Part shown: one piece after another, positions 7,107-14,937 of the stretch | Position numbering within the stretch: position 1 is the first letter of the stretch | Layout: every line of letters starts with the position of its first letter | Assembly: GCA_965218585.1 (NCBI GenBank) | Contig: CBDCLE010000013.1 | Coordinates: 1 to 14,937 of the forward strand | Source: Terriglobia bacterium | GTDB lineage: Bacteria; Acidobacteriota; Terriglobia; 20CM-2-55-15 | Direction: 5' to 3' | Length of the DNA: 14,937 bases | Made by a program: the position numbers and the translations under genes | The notes under the pieces: generated by a model | What the model saw: the letters and a program-made list of their open reading frames with translations, nothing else | Databases searched by the model: none | Told to the model about the DNA's origin: nothing

Positions 7107-8355
7107 TGCCAGATCAACCGGTCGACGCAACACATGCGTCAAATCGTTTGGCAGGAGTTTCAAACCCCAGCGTCTTGCGTGGCCGCTCGTTGAGCCTCCT
7201 TGCAATGAAGTCCAGATGCGCCTGTGAGTGTACCGATAAGTTCGTTCCTTTAGGGAAATACTGTCGGAGCAAACCGTTCGTGTTCTCATTCGATCCGCGT
7301 TGCCATGGACTGTGTGGGTCGCAGAAATAGACGGCGATGTTTGTCGCTAGAGTGAACCGCTTGTGATCGGCCATTTCCAAACCGCGATCCCAGGTCAGTG
7401 ATTTGTAGAGTTCAGTCGGTAGTTGATACGCCTGTTCGATCAGCGCGTTGACGACGGTTTCGGTTTTCTTATTGGGTACCTTCGCCATCATCACATAACG
7501 GGAGTGACGTTCGACCAGCGTCGCGATGTAGGTGTTCCTGGATCCAGCAATCAGATCCCCTTCCCAATGACCAGGGACCGCGCGATCTTCAACCGAAGCC
7601 GGACGCTCACGGATAGAGATCATGCCCTCGATTCGTCCCTTTCCATGGCCTTTCCGGGTCGCTTTTGCAGACCGTCGAATCGTGCGTTTTGTCCGCAGAT
7701 ACTGAGTCAGTTCTTTCTTCAAAGCCCCACGGGCCTGGATGAAAAGGCTGCGATAGATCGTTTCGTGTGACACGTGAAGTGATGCGTCGTCTGGATATTC
7801 GAGTTTGAGCCCGCCGGCGATTTGCTCGGGCGCCCAACCCTGTCGGAGCTTGTCTTCGACCAGCCCACATAACTTCGGATTATCGACCAGTCGACATGGC
7901 TTCGGACGACACGCCCTCTCCCATGCCTGTGCGTCCGCTTCCAACGCCCGGTACTTATCATAGCCGCCGTTGCGGGAAATCTCCCGGCTTACTGTCGATG
8001 CTGCGCGACCCAGCCGGGCGGCAATCGATCGCATCGATTGCTTCGCGGCAATGCCTCTGGATATCTCTTCACGCTCGGCCAGGCTCAGTGCCCGCTTCGA
8101 GCGCGACCGGGGACAGGGCCGGATACCTCCGTACGGAGCGATCTGACCATAAACCGATGATCCCTCCTTTCCGAACACACGTCCGATTGCTTTCAGACTC
8201 TCTCCTCCCTCCCAACGAATCCACACCTCGTCCAAATCGGCGGCTGTATATCCTCGCCGTGTCCGCTCTTTGCTCTGCTTCTTCCGTCGTTTCTTATGCA
8301 TACACGTCTCCTCCTCCTTTCAGGTACAGTGTTGCATTGACCAGTTGAAATCGCC
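7107..8355 (-). mobile_element. IS30-family insertion sequence, 1249 bp
   Basis: 27-bp imperfect IRs at 7107-7133 and 8329-8355 (20/27 identical, shared TCAAC-GGTC-A-GCAACAC core). 2-bp direct repeat CA at 7105-7106 and 8356-8357. Confidence 0.92.
7114..8301 (-). CDS. IS30-family DDE transposase (395 aa)
   Basis: LSLAEREEI...IAARLGRAASTVSREI HTH, SHETIY, GHWEGDL, LTWDRG, and PWQRGSNENTNGLLRQYFPKG...LNERPRKTLGF. SD GGAGGAG upstream. Confidence 0.96.
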   Translation of the reverse strand: MHKKRRKKQSKERTRRGYTAADLDEVWIRWEGGESLKAIGRVFGKEGSSVYGQIAPYGGIRPCPRSRSKRALSLAEREEISRGIAAKQSMRSIAARLGRAASTVSREISRNGGYDKYRALEADAQAWERACRPKPCRLVDNPKLCGLVEDKLRQGWAPEQIAGGLKLEYPDDASLHVSHETIYRSLFIQARGALKKELTQYLRTKRTIRRSAKATRKGHGKGRIEGMISIRERPASVEDRAVPGHWEGDLIAGSRNTYIATLVERHSRYVMMAKVPNKKTETVVNALIEQAYQLPTELYKSLTWDRGLEMADHKRFTLATNIAVYFCDPHSPWQRGSNENTNGLLRQYFPKGTNLSVHSQAHLDFIARRLNERPRKTLGFETPAKRFDACVASTG

Positions 8356-8685
8356 CATCTTGTCGGACGTTGAGAAACAGCCACCGTAAATTCCAGACCG
8401 AAAAATCAGCTCCAATTTCTGGTTGAAGCGTCCAGGAGTCCCATTCGCTACGGGTCCCGTTAAGGTTTCTTTCCCTTGTACAGGAGTCCCAGCTCACTCT
8501 GTCATCAGAACGCGCTCAGACGACCCCGTAGAGCCTTATAGATCCCCTGCTCAAACCCTATCGAGCCCCTGACAATCCCCGACTGCAAAGGGACTCGATG
8601 AACAGGTTGTGATTGGGTGCCACGGGTGTCACTTCCTAGCGACACTCGATTGTTACATTTCTCGTTACATATTTGATCTGCAGGC

Positions 8686-8712
8686 AAAGAAAAGGGCGCC
8701 GAATGGCGCCCT
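8686..8712 (-). terminator. Intrinsic terminator downstream of the displaced tRNA 3' fragment
   Basis: Minus strand AGGGCGCC-ATTC-GGCGCCCT followed by TTTCTTT. Confidence 0.75.
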
Positions 8713-8724
8713 AATATGTTGATT
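8712..8724 (-). promoter_or_regulatory. IHF-consensus site next to the att-like tRNA fragment
   Basis: Minus strand AATCAACATATTA matches WATCAANNNNTTR exactly and lies 5 nt from the att repeat. Confidence 0.45.
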
Positions 8725-8729
8725 CTAAA

Positions 8730-8775
8730 AATGAGCCGTACTGGGCTCGAACCAGTGACCCTCTGCTTAAAAGGC
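8730..8775 (-). repeat. att-like direct repeat: 3' half of tRNA-Lys (anticodon loop to discriminator)
   Basis: 43/46 identical to 12671-12716. Two of the three differences are a compensatory T-stem pair (ACTGG/CCAGT vs ACAGG/CCTGT) and the third is in the T loop. No D arm or 5' acceptor strand. Confidence 0.9.
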
Positions 8776-8868
8776 CAGAATCGCAACAACGATTGCGATC
8801 GTCCATACTGTTGGAGTATTAACTTTACTTGTACGCATTACTAAACCTCCGCTGAACTTAACTTCGTA

Positions 8869-10182
8869 TTAATTGAACCCAAGGTCCAGCTCCTCTTGGG
8901 GCCTCTGCATGCCTTCCTCAAAATACACTTCCCAGGATTCGGCCCACGGGCGGCTGCCCATGTCCGGAACCCGGAACTGGATGATCTCTCCAGGCGCAAC
9001 CGGTGTGGCTCGCCCTTCGATCGGGTAGAACCGTCCGATACATTCTGTGTGCGAGAACCGCCCCTCCTCGCTCAAGGAATGCTGATAGCCTCGGTACCAC
9101 AGAAGCCGCACCGGTTCGACCAGAGCCTGTGAATCGTAGATGACTGCTTCCCAGTCGAGCCCGATCAGGTTGCCCGCCGCATCGTTCACCGGGGTGAAAA
9201 TCTCGACCGTCTCCAGCGCATCGCTCCACTCCCAGCTCGAGTGCTGGTTCCAGCCCTGCACGTTCGACGTCATGGTGATCAGTGCATCGCCATCCCAGAA
9301 ACCGATCGTGTCGCCATACCATTGAGGAGGACCTTCAGCGAGCGGGAACTCCCTATTGATCATCACCGTGCGTTTATTCGTGGTTCCAAGCATTAACACG
9401 ACTTCGGGAGTGACGACGAGGCGGTTGAAGGCGGTGGTCCCCGCCCCCGTCGCCCACTGCCGCATAAAACCTTCCGGATAGCAGTAGGCGATGGACCACT
9501 GATGGGCTCCGTCGACACCCTCATGATAGATCTGTTGCACCATGTGTTGTTGATGTTCCGGCGTCAGCAGCGAAAGGATCGTCGGCATCTGGTTGGCGCG
9601 CATGTAGTTCCAGACGACGCGGCGCGTACCATCGCCCCCATAGGCGCCGTCCCATTTGGGCATCGTTTCGTAGGTGTGCTGGGTCGGCCCCCCTCGGGAC
9701 TCCACCTCTGCCAGCAGCGCAGCGTAGTGTTCCCCGGCCCTGTCGAAAGAATAGGGGCTGAGAATATTCTCACGGGGCCAGTCCTCATCGCAGTTGCCCC
9801 ACCGGGCTGAGACCGGTTCGTTGGCGCCGATGCGTGGGTCGGCAGTGGCCACCCCGGCACCGCCGCTGCGCAGATCCGCCATCATCCGCGGGGCGTTGCA
9901 GCGCCAATACCGTTGATCCAACCACAGGTCGCGGTCCAGATAGAAATCCGTCGTGGTGAACACGTCCACCGGCAGTGCCTGGACCCCATCCGGTGGGCGG
10001 GCATCAAATTCCTGCCCCGCACCATAACTGGTAACGTCCACCGGTGGATAGGTGGCCGAAACAGCAAGCGGCGCACCCCTCAGGCCATCAAGCTCTGGTG
10101 GGTTGTATTGGGCGGTGGCCACGCCGGCAAACGTCACAAGCGATAAGATCATCGCTACTACTGCAATGCGGACTACGTTCAT
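8869..10182 (-). CDS. Secreted hypothetical protein (437 aa)
   Basis: Strong SD (GAGGAGGAGG) and Sec-type signal peptide MNVVRIAVVAMILSLVTFAGVATA|Q. Trp/Pro/Gly-rich with four Cys. Motifs CYPEGFMR and PQWYGDTIGFWDGDALIT. Confidence 0.85.
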   Translation of the reverse strand: MNVVRIAVVAMILSLVTFAGVATAQYNPPELDGLRGAPLAVSATYPPVDVTSYGAGQEFDARPPDGVQALPVDVFTTTDFYLDRDLWLDQRYWRCNAPRMMADLRSGGAGVATADPRIGANEPVSARWGNCDEDWPRENILSPYSFDRAGEHYAALLAEVESRGGPTQHTYETMPKWDGAYGGDGTRRVVWNYMRANQMPTILSLLTPEHQQHMVQQIYHEGVDGAHQWSIAYCYPEGFMRQWATGAGTTAFNRLVVTPEVVLMLGTTNKRTVMINREFPLAEGPPQWYGDTIGFWDGDALITMTSNVQGWNQHSSWEWSDALETVEIFTPVNDAAGNLIGLDWEAVIYDSQALVEPVRLLWYRGYQHSLSEEGRFSHTECIGRFYPIEGRATPVAPGEIIQFRVPDMGSRPWAESWEVYFEEGMQRPQEELDLGFN

Positions 10183-11073
10183 CTTCTTCCTCCTCCTCGA
10201 TTATCTCTGCTACGGCAAACGTGATTGCCACAGCAAGCAGACTGTAGTGCCCGGTAGCAATATTAAACCACAGGGCGGAGCCAGCGAACGTCGTCGCCTG
10301 CAGGAAGGCTCCTTCATTCATGTCGGTGATTATCGCTCAGACGAATATAAATATTGGACAAGAAAGCTTCGATGTTTTGCTGTCTTGCCCTGGATGCGGA
10401 ATCAGTGCTGAATGGCTGGTCAGGTGAAGGGAAATCGCTTGTGCCGCGCGTGCTCAACACGGCTAGCCTAGAAGTTCCGCGAACAGTTGCTTCGCCTGTT
10501 CTTCGTCATCCGTAAATGAAACAACCTTCGCGAAAGTGAGGAGGGCATCTACTCGCTCATCTGCTTTGCCGATTTGAAACTCTCGAATGACCGCTTTGAG
10601 TGTTTCGCAGTAGGAGTTACCCGCGAGATCGAGGGCCACAGCCACGAGGAAGTTGAACGCTTCCTCCCGTATTTCCACGACACCCACAATGCCTGAATGG
10701 ACATACCAGCTCATTTGAGGATAAAAACGCTCATACCACTCTTCAAACGGTTCACCTAAGCCCTCTACACGCGACGCAAGACTGCTGATTCCTGACCAGT
10801 GTTAAACTTTTTCTGCATCCGGCCAGAGGTGGCTCTGGAGAGTTTTGACCCTATCTGCTTCATTGTCGATGAACGATTTGTACGTTGTTGTCTCAAAGCC
10901 TGCCCCGGAATGCTTTTCCTTAAACTTGACGAGTTTTCTGGCAACTCTAAGCTTTTCGATGTCCGTGAAAGCTGCAATCTTCGCTTCTGAGTTGGAGACC
11001 GTATGAATCAGAGCTATCTCAACTGCCGTTTCAAAGAGGTTCCTGAACCTCCCCGGGTTTTCCGGAGACAGTT

Positions 11074-12302
<1,229 letters not shown>

Positions 12303-12624
12303 GATGACTCCAATTCTCTCAAGTAATGGAGTCTCCGGAAAACCCGGGGAGGTTCATCCTGGCTATCATCGCGATAACCTGGAAATCACGTGTTCCGGTC
12401 AGGTCTACGAGAGTCTGCACGTTGCCATAGACCCGGTAGTAGTTGCCGATCACCTGATTCTCGTGGACCGTTGGCGTAATAAGCGTCTGGACGACCCCGT
12501 GAATCCTGTCTTGGTCAAACTCAAACAGGCTCTTCACAGTCGCGTAGAATCGTTCGACTGTTTCCTTCGTTTTCATCGCCTTCCTTGCCAGGAGAACCGT
12601 ACATCTGGCACCCTATCGGCACCC

Positions 12625-12655
12625 AAACAACAAAGCCTGGGATCCCTCCCAGGCT
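12625..12655 (-). terminator. Intrinsic terminator downstream of tRNA-Lys
   Basis: Perfect 9-bp stem AGCCTGGGA/TCCCAGGCT with a GGGA (GNRA) loop on the minus strand, followed by TTGTTGTTT. Confidence 0.75.
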
Positions 12656-12672
12656 AAGTGCTTTGTTATCAA

Positions 12673-12745
12673 TGAGCCGTACAGGGATCGAACCTGTGAC
12701 CCTCTGCTTAAAAGGCAGATGCTCTACCAACTGAGCTAACGGCCC
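12673..12745 (-). tRNA. tRNA-Lys (anticodon UUU), CCA not encoded
   Basis: GGGCCGT TA GCTC AGTTGGTA GAGC A TCTGC CT TTT AA GCAGA GGGTC ACAGG TTCGATC CCTGT ACGGCTC A folds into a full 73-nt cloverleaf. Confidence 0.97.
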
Positions 12746-12811
12746 ACTCACGTGAACGTTTCTATCGTAACGCAGGAATCAAGCGCGGGGAAATAGGGGG
12801 ACGCGTGCCTA

Positions 12812-14098
12812 TTACGGAACGTGGAGTGTTTCTTCTCTCTCAGGTCCGGTCGACACCATACTGACCGGGCGTTCCATGAAGTCGGAGAGGAAGCGGACGT
12901 AGTCGCGGGCCTTTTCGGGAAGCTGTTCCCACTCGCGTGTCCCAGCAATCGAGGCGTTCCATCCGGGGAGATTCTTATAAATGGGCTCCACCTTATCCAG
13001 AACGTTCGCATCAGCGGGGAACTCATCGATCGGTGTTCCCTTGTAGGTATAGCCGACACAGACCGGGATCTCCTCGAACGTATCCAGGACGTCGATCTTC
13101 GTGATCGTAATAGAGTCCATGTCGTTGATCATCACCGAATAGCGGGCGGCCGCTCCGTCGAACCAGCCGCACCGCCTGGGCCGTCCCGTTGTCGAACCGT
13201 ACTCGTCGCCCTCTGAACGAAGGCGTTCGGCCGTCGATCCGTTGGCCTCGGTTGGGAACGGCCCTCCACCCACACGCGTGGCGTAAGCCTTCATGATGCC
13301 CATCACGGCATGAATGTGTTTGGGAGCGATTCCCAGACCGCTGGGGATTCCGCACGCGGTAGAACTCGAAGACGTTACGTACGGAAATGTCCCGTGGTCG
13401 ACATCGAGCAGGGTCGCCTGAGCGCCTTCGAAGAGAATCCGTTTGCCATCCTTCAACATCCTGTTTATCAGAGTCGTCGTATCGGCAAACAGGGGGCCGA
13501 GCCGTTCGGCGTACTCTCGATAAGCGTCACAGATCGGTTCGGGGTCAATTTCCTGAGGGTAGTTCAGGGCTTCCAGTGTGCGGTTCTTCTGTCCGACCTG
13601 TTCCCGAATGCGGTCGGCCAGGCTCTCGGGATTCATCAGGTCGCAGACCCGGAGGCCTCGGCGCGCCATCTTGTCTTCATAAGCCGGACCGATTCCACGG
13701 GACGTAGTCCCGATCTTCCTCTCGCCCATCTGAAGCTCCAGTGCAGCTTCCAGGACCCGGTGATAGGGGAGGATCAAATGGCAGCGGTTCGAAATGAACA
13801 GACGTCCTTCAACTTTAATTCCGCCTTCGGCCAATCCATCGCATTCCTCGATCAGGGCCAGCGGGTCGAGGACCACGCCGCTTCCAATGACACACTGCAT
13901 TTCAGGATGGAAGATGCCCGAAGGGATCAGATGGAGGATGAATCGTTGACTGCCGATCCGGATCGTGTGGCCGGCGTTATGCCCACCCTGGTAGCGGGCC
14001 ACGACATCGAAGTCGTCAGAGAGGATATCGATGATCTTCCCCTTGCCTTCGTCACCCCACTGCGCACCGACGACCGCAAGGTTCTCGTTGTTCGCCAT
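12812..14098 (-). CDS. purA: Adenylosuccinate synthetase
   Basis: QWGDEGKGK, RYQGGHNAGHT, IGTTSRGIGPAY, FEGAQ...DHGTFPYVTSS, STTGRPRRCGWFD, TKIDVLD, STGP. Confidence 0.99.
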   Translation of the reverse strand: MANNENLAVVGAQWGDEGKGKIIDILSDDFDVVARYQGGHNAGHTIRIGSQRFILHLIPSGIFHPEMQCVIGSGVVLDPLALIEECDGLAEGGIKVEGRLFISNRCHLILPYHRVLEAALELQMGERKIGTTSRGIGPAYEDKMARRGLRVCDLMNPESLADRIREQVGQKNRTLEALNYPQEIDPEPICDAYREYAERLGPLFADTTTLINRMLKDGKRILFEGAQATLLDVDHGTFPYVTSSSSTACGIPSGLGIAPKHIHAVMGIMKAYATRVGGGPFPTEANGSTAERLRSEGDEYGSTTGRPRRCGWFDGAAARYSVMINDMDSITITKIDVLDTFEEIPVCVGYTYKGTPIDEFPADANVLDKVEPIYKNLPGWNASIAGTREWEQLPEKARDYVRFLSDFMERPVSMVSTGPEREETLHVP

Positions 14099-14136
14099 GT
14101 CAGCTTTCTAGCCTGGGATCGGCCGGGAAGGTTGTT

Positions 14137-14475
14137 TTACTCGGCCTCGAAATAGTAGCCGCAGTCTTCGTCGATCTCTCTCAGGTCCTGGGGGACGAGA
14201 GGGAAGACGCGGCACTGAGCGAAGTGTTCCCCGTAGATCTCGCAACTGAATTCCCCATTGGCTTCTTGGAGGAAGGGGCACTTCATCAGGATCTTGCAGC
14301 AGGCACCACAACGGGTGCACTCTCCGCGCCGCTCTGCCAGCAGTTGGTCGTTGTCGCGGGTATAAACGTTAGACCGGATGAAACGGCGAATCTTTCCTCT
14401 GATCTGCAGGGCCCTGAAACGGACCTTCTCGACCCGCGGGTCTATGGTCGGCGCATTTATGACTGGAAGTTCCAC
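14137..14475 (-). CDS. Cys-cluster protein, CxxCxxCC (YkgJ-like putative Zn/Fe-chelating) family, 112 aa
   Basis: ECTRCGACC...CPFL...CEIY...QCRVFP...CGY pattern. GTG start with GGAG upstream. Co-directional between trxA and purA. Confidence 0.75.
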   Translation of the reverse strand: MELPVINAPTIDPRVEKVRFRALQIRGKIRRFIRSNVYTRDNDQLLAERRGECTRCGACCKILMKCPFLQEANGEFSCEIYGEHFAQCRVFPLVPQDLREIDEDCGYYFEAE

Positions 14476-14499
14476 TGCAAGCTCCGCTGGAAGATTTGC

Positions 14500-14829
14500 C
14501 TAGGAGAGATGCTTGGATATGGCGCCTACGATCGCGTCCTTCGGGACAGCGCCGACCAGTTGTTCCTTGACCTGACCGTCCTTGAACAGGAGCAACGTCG
14601 GTATGCCTCGAATCTGAAAACGTGCTGACAGACCGCTGTGTGCATCCACATCGAGTTTGCCGACCTTGACCTTACCCAGGTATTCCTCAGCAATCTGATC
14701 CACGGTGGGTGCCAAGGCCCGGCAGGGACCACACCACGCCGCCCAAAAATCGATGAGCACAGGTACGTCGGATTTTTCGACTTCGCTTTCGAAGTTTGAG
14801 TCTGTAATTTCTACGGTATTAGCTCCCAT
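14500..14829 (-). CDS. trxA: Thioredoxin
   Basis: PVLIDFWAAWCGPC, IRGIPTLLLFKDG; 109 aa; GGAG SD at 14836-14839. Confidence 0.97.
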   Translation of the reverse strand: MGANTVEITDSNFESEVEKSDVPVLIDFWAAWCGPCRALAPTVDQIAEEYLGKVKVGKLDVDAHSGLSARFQIRGIPTLLLFKDGQVKEQLVGAVPKDAIVGAISKHLS

Positions 14830-14864
14830 CAGTGTCTCCAGATAAGGTTTGGCGCAAGATCAGT

Positions 14865-14893
14865 AAGTTAACGGACACGTCCTGAAAAGTCAA
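14865..14893 (-). promoter_or_regulatory. Putative sigma70 promoter for trxA
   Basis: Minus strand TTGACT, 17 nt spacer, TAACTT, 35 nt upstream of the trxA ATG. Confidence 0.55.
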
Positions 14894-14937
14894 ACAGTTG
14901 GCTTGTTCTGGAACCGGAGTGGGCGCCAGTGGTCGAG

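Noticed and set aside
8433-8491. Direct repeat CAGGAGTCCCA (two copies 48 nt apart)
   Set aside because: Only two short copies with no array or associated gene, so no function can be supported.
8730-8779. Second functional tRNA-Lys
   Set aside because: The D arm and 5' acceptor strand are absent; only the 3' half is present.
8505-8789. ORFs 8505-8789 and 12521-12751 sharing PFKQRVTGSxPVRLI as a duplicated peptide gene
   Set aside because: The shared peptide is just the translated tRNA sequence.
8780-8799. ATCGCAA/TTGCGAT hairpin as terminator of the 437-aa gene
   Set aside because: The stem is weak with a 6-nt loop and there is no U-tract on either strand.
10214-10230. GGCAA-N6-TTGCC palindrome as a sigma54 promoter or operator for the secreted protein
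   Set aside because: GG-to-GC spacing is 11 nt rather than the required 10, and 5-bp arms are too short to call an operator.
10802-10804. Recoded stop in the DUF5677-like gene
   Set aside because: The codon is TAA, not UGA or UAG, it is one change from AAA/CAA/GAA, and the gene is already IS-disrupted.
13310-14155. Long antisense and alternate-frame ORFs (e.g. 13310-14155, 3723-4394, 5354-6052, 11890-12657, 727-1269, 1740-2189)
   Set aside because: These are shadows of well-supported genes in GC-rich DNA with no independent motifs.

Overview
GC-rich bacterial chromosomal segment. The right end is core genome on the minus strand: trxA, a CxxCxxCC Cys-cluster gene, purA and tRNA-Lys(UUU). Everything left of the tRNA looks accessory and IS-damaged. 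A ~3.9 kb integrase-less island lies between tRNA-Lys and a displaced, covarying copy of its 3' half (8730-8775). It carries a secreted orphan protein and a DUF5677-like gene split by an IS3 and an in-frame stop. Further left are an IS30, a truncated and frameshifted SAM methyltransferase, and an IS21 (istAB with terminal repeat arrays and a structured 3' non-coding region) whose two flanks come from different genes. Left of the IS21 are a truncated DUF5777-like barrel gene, a tandem-FecR-domain protein preceded by the severed C-terminus of a probable adenylate/guanylate cyclase, and an IS1-family transposase end. The signal most hidden from the ORF track is an AhpC/TSA-type redoxin with an in-frame UGA at the catalytic position (RGTW-U-PNS) followed by a bacterial SECIS-like hairpin, i.e. 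a probable selenoprotein, masked by an extra A in an A7 run. All family assignments come from motif recognition, not database searches.
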